A DNA stretch of 64,000 bases from Candidatus Omnitrophota bacterium (GTDB lineage Bacteria > Omnitrophota > Gorgyraeia > Zapsychrales > Aceulaceae): assembly GCA_029564765.1 (NCBI GenBank), contig JAKQPK010000050.1:82977-146976 (forward strand), read 5' to 3'. Positions 38,751 through 49,161 of the stretch are shown here, in pieces. The number at the start of each line of letters is the position of its first letter. The stretch's first letter is position 1. Under the pieces are notes generated by a model, which was not told the DNA's origin, ran no database searches, and was given only the letters and a program-made list of their open reading frames with translations. A program made the translations under genes and the position numbers.

Positions 38751-41320
38751 CGTGAAACCTCCTGCATCTCAAGCCAATTATTTCCCACCTTGATACTCAC
38801 CCGGATCGGCACCGAAAGGCTTAAGGGCCCCTCCATCTGCTGACGTACCAGATCGACAAGGTCATCCTGCTCTTTTCTGAGCACATCAAACACAAGCTCA
38901 TCATGGACCGTGATCGTCATTTTTGACCTGAATTGTCCTTCGTCTAATTTTTTCTGCACATGGATCATGCCCACCTTGATCAGATCCGCTGCTGTGCCCT
39001 GAACAGGCGTATTGAATGCCTGACGCTGGGCAAATTGGCGTAACGCCATATTGTCGCTATGGATCTCTGGAATATATCGCCGACGATTAAGCAGTGTTGT
39101 CACAAAACCGTCTTTTTCCGCTTTGCGGATCTGCTCCTGCATAAAACGCGGAACACCAGGATACTGTAAAAAATATTTATCAATGAACTCCTGCGCCTCT
39201 TTCTGCGTGACATTCAGATCTTTCGAAAGACCAAACGCGCTCATTCCATACACAATACCAAAATTGATACGCTTAGCGGCGACCCTCATATCCTGCGTGA
39301 CGCTCTTTTCGCTAACATTAAAAATAGTAGCGGCTGTCATTGTGTGGATATCTGCCCCACGCGCGAACGCTTCGATCAAATTCATATCTTGCGACAAATG
39401 CGCGAGGATCCGCAGCTCGATCTGCGAATAATCCGCCGAAACCAATATGTGGTCCTTCCCTCCTGCGATAAAGGCTTTGCGGATCTGGCGTCCAAGTTCG
39501 GTCCGGATCGGAATGTTCTGCAGGTTAGGATTACGCGAGCTTAAGCGTCCGGTCTCTGTCCCTGCTTGGTCGAAGACCGCATGGATGCGATGCGTCTTAG
39601 CATCCACCATTTTTGGTAACGCATCGATATAAGTCGTTGTCAGCTTGGTCAACTGACGATAATTCAGTATCTCTTGCGGCAGCTCATGTTTTGGCGCCAA
39701 ACGCCTTAAAACGTCTTCATCGGTCGAATATCCCGTCTTAGTCTTCTTCATGACCGGAAGTTTCAGTTTTTCAAAAAGAATATGCGCAAGCTGCTTGGGC
39801 GAATTAAGATTAAATTCCTCGCCTGCCAACTGATAAAGTTTCTTTGCGATCGTCTGGATCTGCTGATTCGTACGCAAAGAAAGATCCTTTAAGAACGCAA
39901 TATCAAGTCCGACACCCTGCTTTTCCATGCCAAAGAGCACCCTTGCCAAAGGCATCTCCACTTCCCTAAAAAGATTCTCTAGCGCTTTTGTCTTCAGTTC
40001 ATCCGCTAAAACCTTGTGCAGCTTCAAAAACTGCGACACTGCAAGAGCAAAACCACCTTGCTGCGGAACCGTGATCTTTAAATATTTCCAACATAGTGAC
40101 TCGACATCCTTGCCGGCCTGTGCCGGCTCCAGCAAATATCCTGCCAGCATCACATCAAAAACTTTGTTGTGAAAAGAAACCCCTTGATCGTCAAAGGCCT
40201 TCAGACACGCCTTAAAATCGCTACAGACCATCAGCACGTCTTCAGCATCAAACACTTTTTGCATCTGTCCAAGCTTGTTCAGCGGAAGATGGAACATCAT
40301 GTCATCCTTCAGAACAAGGCCAACGCGAACATCATCGGTTTTATCTTCTTGTGTCTGAGCATCAATTGCCAGGCCAAATCGCTTAACGCTTAAGGCTTCT
40401 TTAACAAATGCGTCGATATCTTTGTGAGTCGTAAGCACAGACTCAGAGCACGTGACCTGCGTTTGACCGCCGCTCAATTCTTGCACAAATTTACGAAACT
40501 CTAATTTCTCAAAGAATGGGGCAAGGCGTGCCTCATCCGCAGGAATGAAGCGAACAGATTTGAGATCAAAATCGATCGGGACCTGGCTATCTAAAAGCGC
40601 GAGATCCCTGCTAAGCATCGCCATTTCTTTCTGCTCTTCAAGCTTCTGACGGGTCTTTTCTGATCTTACAACTGATAAATGCGCATAGATGTCTTCCACG
40701 CTTCCATGCTCAACGATCAAATCCGTTGCTGTAACCTTACCGATACCATGAACCCCAGGAATATTATCGGTGGCGTCACCAGCTAAGGCAAGAAAATCAA
40801 CCATTTGTCGCGCATGAAAACCATATTTTTCAAAGATCTTTTTCTCATCTAGGATCTCATCGCTACGATAATCGTAGATCTTTACCGTTTTGTTAACCAA
40901 CTGCGCCATATCCTTATCACCGCTGACGATCAAGACTTCAATATCCTTTCCAGAAACCTTATGCGCAATGGTAGCGATCACATCATCCGCTTCGAACCCC
41001 TCAAGCTCAAAGACTGGAATGTTGTACGCCAGGACAAGCTCCTTGATCAAAGGGATCTGGCTGATCAAGTCATCCGGCATGGACGGACGATGGATCTTAT
41101 ATTGCGCAAAACGCTCTTGGCGATGTGTCTTTTTCCCTACATCAAAACAAGCGACCACATAATCGGGATGACAGTCCCGAAGGATCTTGCGCAATGTGTT
41201 GACGAATCCAAAGACCGCGTTTGTCGGCTGGCCCTGGCTCGTCCTTAGCTCGCGAACCGCAAAGAAAGATCGATAGCATAACGCATGCGCATCAATAAGA
41301 ACAAGTCTGGATTTTGACAT
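38747..41320 (-). CDS. polA: DNA polymerase I
   Basis: 5' nuclease EADD and GD..DNIPG; TGRLSS..PNLQN, DYSQIELR, NFGIVYG, VHDEL. Confidence 0.98.
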   Translation of the reverse strand: MSKSRLVLIDAHALCYRSFFAVRELRTSQGQPTNAVFGFVNTLRKILRDCHPDYVVACFDVGKKTHRQERFAQYKIHRPSMPDDLISQIPLIKELVLAYNIPVFELEGFEADDVIATIAHKVSGKDIEVLIVSGDKDMAQLVNKTVKIYDYRSDEILDEKKIFEKYGFHARQMVDFLALAGDATDNIPGVHGIGKVTATDLIVEHGSVEDIYAHLSVVRSEKTRQKLEEQKEMAMLSRDLALLDSQVPIDFDLKSVRFIPADEARLAPFFEKLEFRKFVQELSGGQTQVTCSESVLTTHKDIDAFVKEALSVKRFGLAIDAQTQEDKTDDVRVGLVLKDDMMFHLPLNKLGQMQKVFDAEDVLMVCSDFKACLKAFDDQGVSFHNKVFDVMLAGYLLEPAQAGKDVESLCWKYLKITVPQQGGFALAVSQFLKLHKVLADELKTKALENLFREVEMPLARVLFGMEKQGVGLDIAFLKDLSLRTNQQIQTIAKKLYQLAGEEFNLNSPKQLAHILFEKLKLPVMKKTKTGYSTDEDVLRRLAPKHELPQEILNYRQLTKLTTTYIDALPKMVDAKTHRIHAVFDQAGTETGRLSSRNPNLQNIPIRTELGRQIRKAFIAGGKDHILVSADYSQIELRILAHLSQDMNLIEAFARGADIHTMTAATIFNVSEKSVTQDMRVAAKRINFGIVYGMSAFGLSKDLNVTQKEAQEFIDKYFLQYPGVPRFMQEQIRKAEKDGFVTTLLNRRRYIPEIHSDNMALRQFAQRQAFNTPVQGTAADLIKVGMIHVQKKLDEGQFRSKMTITVHDELVFDVLRKEQDDLVDLVRQQMEGPLSLSVPIRVSIKVGNNWLEMQEVSR

Positions 41321-41355
41321 TTTTTGGGATCAGAAAGAATCGTGAATACTAAAAT

Positions 41356-42195
41356 CTATCTTTTGATTTCTTCGTCAGGAATTATGGTAAGTATTTGACG
41401 AATATCTTCCTTCGAGGAACCTGTCTGCCCTGCCTGGAACTTTTCAAGTGCAGAGTCCATCAGTTTTTTCATATCGCGTTCTTTGAGCTTCATTGCGGCG
41501 AGCCGCCGATATTCTATGATCCGAGGGCTGTCAGGGGTTCTTGACAAAGCCTTGTCATATTCTGCCAAGGCCTGCTCATACATCTGTTGCTCTTCATAAA
41601 GTTTTGCCTGCTGCACACAAAACTCAGATTGTTTGAGGTTTTCAGCGTTGATCCTCTCTTCTTGAGCTTTAAGCTGTTTGTCCAAGACAGAAGCACGATA
41701 CGCCAAGAAACTTGCCTCGTATTCTTGCATCCACCGCTTGAGATCTGGAAAAATAGGAATAAACGCCTTAAGCTCCTCTAAAGACCGCTGAACCCATGGA
41801 TCTTCCGGATGGCTGCGTTCAACGCGCTCCTTGAAATACTGGGCCGCCCTTGCCAGATCACCCTGGCGCTTATAATAAAAAGCTAGATTAAAATATGTTG
41901 CTAAATAATTCTTATCGACACGCAGAGCGTCTAGATAATAATTCCTTGCTTCATAAAAATTCCCCATCATCTCGCAAAGAACGCCAAGATCGTTATAAAT
42001 TTCTGCCCGCTCCAGATCCAGACTGAGCGCTTTTTGATAATAGGCAAAGGCATCATCGTAAAGGCCTTCTTTCTGCGCTTCAACCCCTTTAGCTCGATAA
42101 TCCTCAATAATTTGCGACTTTGTTTGAGCTTTAGCTGGTTCTGAAAAAAGGCAGAAAAAAAGGAATAAGACAAGGATTCGCGAGAAGAATTTCAT
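41356..42195 (-). CDS. Exported TPR-repeat protein
   Basis: Signal peptide from MKFFSR; TPR units such as YNDLGVL and YFNLAFYY. Confidence 0.8.
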   Translation of the reverse strand: MKFFSRILVLFLFFCLFSEPAKAQTKSQIIEDYRAKGVEAQKEGLYDDAFAYYQKALSLDLERAEIYNDLGVLCEMMGNFYEARNYYLDALRVDKNYLATYFNLAFYYKRQGDLARAAQYFKERVERSHPEDPWVQRSLEELKAFIPIFPDLKRWMQEYEASFLAYRASVLDKQLKAQEERINAENLKQSEFCVQQAKLYEEQQMYEQALAEYDKALSRTPDSPRIIEYRRLAAMKLKERDMKKLMDSALEKFQAGQTGSSKEDIRQILTIIPDEEIKR

Positions 42196-42269
42196 TAACA
42201 ATTTTTCCTTAAAAATAGAATAATACATGCTACTCTTTTTTACAAGAAGTTTCTTAGATGCATCAGACA

Positions 42270-43448
42270 TCAACCCTGATAGTCAACGATGGACCCAGAA
42301 ACAGAGCTGATCGTGGCAGCCTCCCTCACCAAATTCGCCACGGCAGCCTCGCTCGCCTGATCATTGATCAAGACAGCCCCTTTGACCACGTTTTCTTCGG
42401 TCAATATCTTTTTGTAAAGATTCGTCTTATAATCAGCTTTCATATAGGCGACCCGATTATCATCTTTCTTGCAGGAACCCAAAAGGCTGATCAATAGATC
42501 ATCCGCCTGAACGGAACGGACAGCTGGAGCAGGGATCGTTAAAAAAGGTTGCTTCGTAAGGCCCGCGACAAGGCAAGCCGCGTGTCCAGCAACTGCGTAC
42601 TGACTGATAAACGATTCTTCCCAGACGGTCTTATCAAGAAAGCGTGCCAGATCTTTAGCGCAATACACATCTTCGTATTGCGTATAATAATCGTTTTCTT
42701 GATGAAAAAGCTCCTCTGTGTTGAACAAATTTTGCTGACGATCAGCGTGGCCAAAAACAACGATCTCGCTTTCGAGGACTTTCCCTGTTTTTAAGCGGAT
42801 CGCTTTTGCTTCCGCGTCACCGAGGACTTCCGTAATGGCGTTATTAAAAATAAATCTTAGTCCTTTTTTCTGACATTGCTCAACAATATAATCCGCCACA
42901 TCCTTATCTAGAAGGTCGGCAAGCAGATGATTGCCTGGAACGACAGCGATGACCTCCTGCTCGATCTTGCGCAAATGGCAGGCGACCTGAAGGCCAAGGA
43001 AGCTATGAACCTCGACGATCGCGGTGTCCGTCAAGCCGACACAGTCAACCATTTTCTTGGTGTCTTCAAACGTCTTCAGATGGAAGACACCCTGCTTTTG
43101 AACACCTTTAAAATCCGGCAGAACAAAAGGCCCGGTCCCTTCGATGATAAGAACGTCGAATGGTATCTGCTCTTTATCCTCTGTCAAAAGACGCTTTCGC
43201 TTCGGCTGGACGCGAACGATCTTTTTATCCATCACAAGGTTAATATGCTGCTGCGCATAAATATCATTTGGTGCGCAAACCATCTGGTCATCCGCCATCC
43301 CTAAGATCAAAGATGGTAAGGCATGACGATAGTAAGGCAAAACTCCCTCAGGGCAAAAAAGCGATACCTCGCTAGCCTGATCAACGTGGCGTATTCCTTG
43401 CGCGACCTCAAATGAAAACGAAGAATTACCAATAATTACATAATGCAT
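42270..43448 (-). CDS. NirB/rubredoxin-reductase-like FAD/NAD oxidoreductase homolog with degenerate motifs
   Basis: Overall pyridine nucleotide-disulfide oxidoreductase layout, C-terminal YKKIL...GAVL; start moved to MHYVIIG. Confidence 0.75.
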   Translation of the reverse strand: MHYVIIGNSSFSFEVAQGIRHVDQASEVSLFCPEGVLPYYRHALPSLILGMADDQMVCAPNDIYAQQHINLVMDKKIVRVQPKRKRLLTEDKEQIPFDVLIIEGTGPFVLPDFKGVQKQGVFHLKTFEDTKKMVDCVGLTDTAIVEVHSFLGLQVACHLRKIEQEVIAVVPGNHLLADLLDKDVADYIVEQCQKKGLRFIFNNAITEVLGDAEAKAIRLKTGKVLESEIVVFGHADRQQNLFNTEELFHQENDYYTQYEDVYCAKDLARFLDKTVWEESFISQYAVAGHAACLVAGLTKQPFLTIPAPAVRSVQADDLLISLLGSCKKDDNRVAYMKADYKTNLYKKILTEENVVKGAVLINDQASEAAVANLVREAATISSVSGSIVDYQG

Positions 43449-43452
43449 AGCT

Positions 43453-44319
43453 TTATCTTTGCCCCATTTGCGAAGAAAAGGCTTCAATAGCGTTCTTCAT
43501 CAGCATTACAACCGTGACCGGCCCAACGCCTCCGGGGACAGGCGTTAGATATGCGGCTTTTTCTTGCGCTGCATAAAATTCAACATCCCCTACGATACGT
43601 GACCCTACTTGATTGATCCCCACATCAATAACGATCGCGTCTTTTTTGATCCACTGCCCCTTGATCAACTCAGGCTTCCCGACAGCGACAACAAGGACAT
43701 CCGCGCGCGATACATGGTCAATGAGCTTCCCTGCTTCGCTTGTAGCGAGATGACAAACGGTCACCGTTGCCATGCGCTGCAGCAACAAGAGGCTTAGTGG
43801 CTTACCAACGATCTCGCTATGACCGACGATCACTACCTCTTTTCCTCTCAAGGGAACACCCGTAGAGTCGATGTGCGCCATCACAGCTGCTGGCGTGCAT
43901 GGAATGATACTGGTTTTACCCAGCATCATTTTGCCAATATTGACAACATTCACACCTTCAAGGTCCTTAATAACATCTATTTGATTGGCAACCGCGTGAT
44001 GATCAATATGGGCAGGCACAGGCTTATGCACCATGATACCGTTAACCCCAGGGTCAAGGTTGAGCTTACGGACATGATCGATCAACTTGCCCTGCGGGAT
44101 ATCAGCAGGTAAAACATCAAGCTTGTAATCAATGCCGATCTCTTCAGCAACGCGGATCTGAGCGTTCGCATAAGCACAAGCTGAGTGATGGTCACCAACC
44201 GCAATGTTAATGACGCGCGGCACTCGCCGCTTTTCCTTTAAGATCTCAGAAATTTGCATCTTGAGTTTTTCTTTGATCTTTCCAGCAAGGACCTTACCGT
44301 CTAATAGTTGAGCGCTCAT
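43453..44319 (-). CDS. folD: Methylene-THF dehydrogenase/cyclohydrolase
   Basis: PCTP, G.S.IVGKP, VIDVGIN, TPVPGGVGPVT. Confidence 0.95.
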   Translation of the reverse strand: MSAQLLDGKVLAGKIKEKLKMQISEILKEKRRVPRVINIAVGDHHSACAYANAQIRVAEEIGIDYKLDVLPADIPQGKLIDHVRKLNLDPGVNGIMVHKPVPAHIDHHAVANQIDVIKDLEGVNVVNIGKMMLGKTSIIPCTPAAVMAHIDSTGVPLRGKEVVIVGHSEIVGKPLSLLLLQRMATVTVCHLATSEAGKLIDHVSRADVLVVAVGKPELIKGQWIKKDAIVIDVGINQVGSRIVGDVEFYAAQEKAAYLTPVPGGVGPVTVVMLMKNAIEAFSSQMGQR

Positions 44320-44321
44320 GA

Positions 44322-44813
44322 TCAGGATACCTGATTTGCTTTTACATTCGCCGTTGCCGCGTGAAAAGCCGCCGATAGCATCTCAGCCGCGCATTCCGCG
44401 TCGCTTAATAAATATGGATTGCCATGTTGCACCAAAAACGGTATCAGCTGAAGTGCGGTGTAGGAGAGACGACAGACCTCAAGCGGAACCTTTTGGGCAT
44501 TCTTCAAGGCTTGATGTTTATCACGTGCGGCTAATTTACGCGCCTTAACGACCTGAAGATAGACCTTGGCATCTAAGTCGACCAACAGCAAGAGACGCTT
44601 GCGAATATTGTCGGCCTTACGCACGGCCTTATTCATTTTAGATTCAATAGACCTAGACTTTTGACGCTTGAGAGAATACCGCGCGACCATAGAGATCAAG
44701 GCAACGCCTGTTGCCGCAACCAAGGCCGCCGCAGAACCGCCTCCCGGAGTTGGATCACGTGAAGCAAGGCGGTCCAAATACATCGTAAGTGTCTGATGGC
44801 GAAACGGTTTCAT
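44322..44813 (-). CDS. Formiminotetrahydrofolate cyclodeaminase/cyclohydrolase family protein
   Basis: LASRDPTPGGGSAAA...SMVAR, NP.L.SD. Confidence 0.88.
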   Translation of the reverse strand: MKPFRHQTLTMYLDRLASRDPTPGGGSAAALVAATGVALISMVARYSLKRQKSRSIESKMNKAVRKADNIRKRLLLLVDLDAKVYLQVVKARKLAARDKHQALKNAQKVPLEVCRLSYTALQLIPFLVQHGNPYLLSDAECAAEMLSAAFHAATANVKANQVS

Positions 44814-44883
44814 GTTTTGATGATTAGATCATGTGATATGTTTTGATGCGAAACGAAAAGAAATGCCTTCTTAATGCGTGTCT

Positions 44884-44912
44884 ATCATATCCTAATTTTA
44901 AAATATTTTCAA
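44884..44912 (-). promoter_or_regulatory. Sigma70-like promoter for cyclodeaminase-folD
   Basis: TTGAAA-17 nt-TATGAT. Confidence 0.55.
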
Positions 44913-44936
44913 ACAACTTCTATTTTTTTATAAATA

Positions 44937-45314
44937 TTAATATAAATAGGGTTGCGCGAGGTCAAAAGCGTCCTGGATCAAGTCAAGATCCACGCTCCCT
45001 TGCGCATCTTTTGTAACGGTCACAACATCGAAACGGGCGTGAGAATCTAGCCTGTTGACATTTTTCAGATAACTAAGTGCCACCTGAGAGATCTTTCGCT
45101 GTTTTGATCTGGTCACAGCTTCCAACGCGAATTCTTGCGCGTTACCTTTTCTCATTTTTACCTCAACAAAACAGATCACATCATGGTCTTGTGCGATAAT
45201 ATCTATTTCCCCAAGCTGATTGCGATAATTACGCTCCAGGATCACATATCCTTGCTTTTGCAAGAAACGCGCTGCCGCGTCTTCTCCTAGATCGCCTGCC
45301 TGCCGGGTGTTCAT
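44937..45314 (-). CDS. yraN: YraN/UPF0102 endonuclease-like protein
   Basis: GEDAA..FL, RNYR..GEIDII, FVEVK, RFDVV; follows rnhB. Confidence 0.92.
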   Translation of the reverse strand: MNTRQAGDLGEDAAARFLQKQGYVILERNYRNQLGEIDIIAQDHDVICFVEVKMRKGNAQEFALEAVTRSKQRKISQVALSYLKNVNRLDSHARFDVVTVTKDAQGSVDLDLIQDAFDLAQPYLY

Positions 45315-45316
45315 GA

Positions 45317-45943
45317 TCAAACCCCGCAATGAAATGTTTTTCGATGGATCGCGCAAAACCCCAGATGCCTGATCTGCTGCCTATGCGCAAGCGTGGGATA
45401 CCCTTTGTGCCTTCGAAATCCGTACTGCGGATACATCTTATCGTAGCGATCCATGATAGCATCCCGCGTGACCTTCGCAACGATCGACGCGCACGCAATC
45501 GATAGGCTGTGAGAATCCCCTGCGATGATCGTTTGATAAGCAAAAGGTAAGGATGTTTCAAAGCGGTTACCATCGACAAGAAGAAAAACCTTCTTCTGGA
45601 AATCCAAAGAACGCGTCTTATTCTCAGGGATCTTTTCTACAAGATCACAAACCGCTTTAGCCATCGCCTGAAAAGTTGCTTGCAAGATATTGACCCGATC
45701 AATGGTCTTAGCATCGATCATGCCGATTCCAACATGGGCATGGCCCAAGATCTCATGATAGGCCTTTTGACGTTGCTGTGGTGTCATTTGCTTTGAATCT
45801 TTGATAACACAAGGAAAGCGATCGCGTGTAAGCCATACAGCAGAAGCGACCACAGGCCCTGCGAGAGGACCTCGGCCAGCTTCATCAATACCAATAATTA
45901 CTTCAAAACCTTTTTTCTTGGCTTGACGCTCAAAGGAAAGCAT
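45317..45943 (-). CDS. rnhB: Ribonuclease HII
   Basis: GIDEAGRGPLAGPV, DSK, ASIVAKVTRD, HKGYPT. Confidence 0.97.
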   Translation of the reverse strand: MLSFERQAKKKGFEVIIGIDEAGRGPLAGPVVASAVWLTRDRFPCVIKDSKQMTPQQRQKAYHEILGHAHVGIGMIDAKTIDRVNILQATFQAMAKAVCDLVEKIPENKTRSLDFQKKVFLLVDGNRFETSLPFAYQTIIAGDSHSLSIACASIVAKVTRDAIMDRYDKMYPQYGFRRHKGYPTLAHRQQIRHLGFCAIHRKTFHCGV

Positions 45944-45954
45944 TCAGAGGAAGA

Positions 45955-46338
45955 TCAGCTAGATGATGGCGCAGCGGTCACAGCGACATCTTCTTTTTCC
46001 ATGCGGGCACTCTTGCCGGTGCGCGCCCTTAAGTAATAAAGGCGGCTTCGTTTGGCAACGCCCTTGGCAACAACTTTTAGACTATCCACAACCGGTGAAC
46101 ACAAGGGAAAGGTTCGCTCAACACCCTCTCCGAAGGAAACTTTACGGATGGTAAAAATACCTCTGAGCCCACGCCCGGTCTTGCGAACGACAGTCCCCTC
46201 AAAAGGATGGAGGCGAACCTTGTCGCCTTCTGCAACCTTGACAAACATCTTTACTTGGTCCCCAACCTTGAACGGAGGCAATTCTTTCTGGTATTTATTC
46301 TCAATGTTTTTAATGGTTTCTCCAATGTTGATCGCCAT
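45955..46338 (-). CDS. rplS: 50S ribosomal protein L19
   Basis: F.VGD.V, FEG.V, GVERTFP, LYYLR. Confidence 0.96.
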   Translation of the reverse strand: MAINIGETIKNIENKYQKELPPFKVGDQVKMFVKVAEGDKVRLHPFEGTVVRKTGRGLRGIFTIRKVSFGEGVERTFPLCSPVVDSLKVVAKGVAKRSRLYYLRARTGKSARMEKEDVAVTAAPSSS

Positions 46339-46367
46339 ACAAAAAACTCCTTTTTGCTTCGGTGGTA

Positions 46368-47045
46368 TTATTTTCTTAATAAATCCGGACGGATCTTCTT
46401 AGTTCGAAGAATGGATTGCTTCAAACGCCACTCTTTAATGCCTTGATGATTTCCAGATAATAGCACATTTGGTACTTTCATGCCAATAAAATTTGCAGGC
46501 CTTGTATACTGAGGATACTCTAGCAAGTTTGTCGAAAATGATTCGTCCAAAAGCGAACTTTCCCGCCCTAAAACACCTGGAACAAGACGCGTGACGGCAT
46601 CAACAATGATCATGGCAGGGATCTCTCCCCCGGTCAGAACATAATCTCCGACCGAAATGCTCTCATCGGCCAGATGATCGCGCACGCGCTCATCGATCCC
46701 CTCGTAATGGCCACAAACTAAGATCAAATGTTTTTCCTTGGCCCATTGCCGAGCTTTTTTCTGATCGAACACTTTTCCAGAAGGCGTTAGAAGTATCACT
46801 TTCGCCTTTGACCTGCCCTTAACAGCCTTGACCGCATCAAAGATGGGTTGCGGCTGCATGACCATGCCCGGCCCTCCACCAAAAGGCTTATCATCAACCT
46901 TGCGATGCTTGTCAGTGGTGTAATGGCGCAGATCACGGACGCAGATCTTGACCTTTTTCTTTTCCTGGGCACGCTTGATGATGGATTCCGTAAGAATACC
47001 ATCAAAGGACCTAGGAAAAACCGTTATAATGTCGAACCGTAACAT
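46368..47045 (-). CDS. trmD: tRNA (guanine-N1)-methyltransferase
   Basis: [31 protein letters not shown]; start moved to MLRFD. Confidence 0.97.
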   Translation of the reverse strand: MLRFDIITVFPRSFDGILTESIIKRAQEKKKVKICVRDLRHYTTDKHRKVDDKPFGGGPGMVMQPQPIFDAVKAVKGRSKAKVILLTPSGKVFDQKKARQWAKEKHLILVCGHYEGIDERVRDHLADESISVGDYVLTGGEIPAMIIVDAVTRLVPGVLGRESSLLDESFSTNLLEYPQYTRPANFIGMKVPNVLLSGNHQGIKEWRLKQSILRTKKIRPDLLRK

Positions 47046-48148
47046 GAGAGGAATTCCTTTTGAAATTCTGAAAATTTGTTCGCTTCGATAGCCGCGCGGA
47101 TCTGCGCCATCAACTTGATATAAAAATAAAGATTGTGATACGATGTCATCCTTAATCCTGTAAGTTCTTCGATCGTGAATAAATGCCGGATATAACTGCG
47201 CGAATACCGTTTGCACACAAAACAATCGCATGTTTCATCTAACGGGCGTATGTCTTTAGCAAATTCTAAATTTCTTACAATGATCCGGCCCTGACGGGTA
47301 AAGGCCGACCCATAGCGGCCATAGCGCGTCGGCACGCAGGTGTCGAACATGTCAACACCTTCCCCTACAGCTCTCACGATCTGATCTGGCATACCGATCC
47401 CCATCACATACCGCGGTTTATCTGTTGGTAGAAATGGTGTGACATGAGAGATCGCTTCAAACATCAGATCGATCGGCTCCCCGACACTCACTCCGCCAAT
47501 GGCATAACCATCAAAACCGATCCCAACGATCTCTTCGGCGGACATACGGCGTAAGCTTTCATAGTGCGAGCCCTGGACAATGCCAAACAAAAATTGACGC
47601 TCATGATAAGGGCTTTTGAGGAAATGCTCCCGCGATCGCCGTGCCCAAAGCCCTGTGCGCTTTACAGCTTCCTTGGCTTGTTTTTCATCGCAAGGATAGG
47701 GTGCGCATTCATCTAAAGGCATCATGATATCCGATCCCAAAATTCCTTGCGCGTCAACGATATCCTCTGGCGTAAAAAAATGCAAGGATCCGTCAATATG
47801 CGAACGGAATTCCACGCCCTTATCCGTGAGCTTGCGGAACTTTGCCAGACTAAAGATCTGATAGCCGCCGCTATCGGTTAGGATCGGCTTATCCCATTTC
47901 ATGAACTGATGGAGTCCGCCAGAATTCTTAATGAGCTCAAGGCCGGGACGCAAATAAAGATGATAGGTGTTCGATAAGACGATCTGAGCACCCATCTCCT
48001 CTAAGTCTTCATTCGTTAAAGACTTAACGGTCGCGTTCGTGCCAACCGACATGAAAAACGGCGTCTGGATCTCGCCATGCGCGGTTTTGAGAACCCCCCG
48101 ACGGGCTTTGGTCGACAAATCTTGAAGTGTCAGATTAAATGATTTCAT
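47024..48148 (-). CDS. tgt: Queuine tRNA-ribosyltransferase
   Basis: [29 protein letters not shown]; start moved to MKSFN. Confidence 0.97.
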   Translation of the reverse strand: MKSFNLTLQDLSTKARRGVLKTAHGEIQTPFFMSVGTNATVKSLTNEDLEEMGAQIVLSNTYHLYLRPGLELIKNSGGLHQFMKWDKPILTDSGGYQIFSLAKFRKLTDKGVEFRSHIDGSLHFFTPEDIVDAQGILGSDIMMPLDECAPYPCDEKQAKEAVKRTGLWARRSREHFLKSPYHERQFLFGIVQGSHYESLRRMSAEEIVGIGFDGYAIGGVSVGEPIDLMFEAISHVTPFLPTDKPRYVMGIGMPDQIVRAVGEGVDMFDTCVPTRYGRYGSAFTRQGRIIVRNLEFAKDIRPLDETCDCFVCKRYSRSYIRHLFTIEELTGLRMTSYHNLYFYIKLMAQIRAAIEANKFSEFQKEFLSCYGSTL

Positions 48149-48150
48149 GA

Positions 48151-49161
48151 TCAAACAATTAACATGCAGTCGCCATAACTGTAAAACCGGTATTTTTCTT
48201 TCATCGCTTCGTGGTAGGCCTTCATCACAAAATCTGCTGAAGCAAAAGCGCAAACCAACATCAAAAGCGTGCTCTTAGGAAGGTGGAAATTCGTCAAGAG
48301 AGCATCCACCATTTTAAACGAAAAACCTGGATACACAAACAAATTTGTACTCCCCTGAAGTTTGCCGGTCTGCCCATAGGACTCCAAAACCCTGCAGCTG
48401 GTAGTCCCTACCGCGACGATCTTCTGACCCTTGGCCTTTGCTTTTTTCATCCGCTGTATGATCGCGCTCGAGACATCATAATCTTCAGAATGCATCTGGT
48501 GTCGCGTAATATCCTCTTCTTGAACAGGTCGAAAGGTGCCATAACCAACATGCAGTGTCACCTTAGCCAATTGATGCCCGGCTCTTTGAAGATCATTTAG
48601 GATCTTGTGTGTAAAATGCAATCCCGCTGTGGGTGCGGCCACCGAGCCTGGATGCCTCGCGTAAACGGTTTGATAATCCTTTTTATCGGAGCTCTCATCG
48701 CTGCGATGGATATAAGGCGGCAGAGGCATATGGCCAATCTTTTTAAGGTACGCCATGACATTCTTTTTGTTAAACTGAACGATCTTCTGCTCGTGATCGA
48801 TCATTTTGGCGCAAAGGTCCGTGCCATCGAAAATGATCGAATCATCATATCTGATCTTCTTTAAAGGCCGCAAAAGTGCATGGTAGCGTCCTGCACCCTC
48901 AAGGGGATCCAAAAGAAAGATCTCGACCTCTCTTCCTGTTCTCTGTAGGCGGCCTAAAAGCCGCGCAGCAACGACCTTGCTATCGTTAGCGACCAGCAAA
49001 GACCTTAAAGGAAGATAACGACCGATATTAAGAAAATGATCGTGTGTGATCGTTTGATGTACGCGGTCAAGGATCATCAGCCGCGCATGATCGCGTTTTT
49101 TTAAAGGATATTGAGCAATGAGCTCGCAAGGGAGATGATAATCAAAATCAGAGAGTTTCAT
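48151..49161 (-). CDS. queA: SAM:tRNA ribosyltransferase-isomerase
   Basis: PLPPYI, GSVAAPTAGLHF, LHVG.GTF, TNFHLPKS, RFYSYGD. Confidence 0.97.
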   Translation of the reverse strand: MKLSDFDYHLPCELIAQYPLKKRDHARLMILDRVHQTITHDHFLNIGRYLPLRSLLVANDSKVVAARLLGRLQRTGREVEIFLLDPLEGAGRYHALLRPLKKIRYDDSIIFDGTDLCAKMIDHEQKIVQFNKKNVMAYLKKIGHMPLPPYIHRSDESSDKKDYQTVYARHPGSVAAPTAGLHFTHKILNDLQRAGHQLAKVTLHVGYGTFRPVQEEDITRHQMHSEDYDVSSAIIQRMKKAKAKGQKIVAVGTTSCRVLESYGQTGKLQGSTNLFVYPGFSFKMVDALLTNFHLPKSTLLMLVCAFASADFVMKAYHEAMKEKYRFYSYGDCMLIV

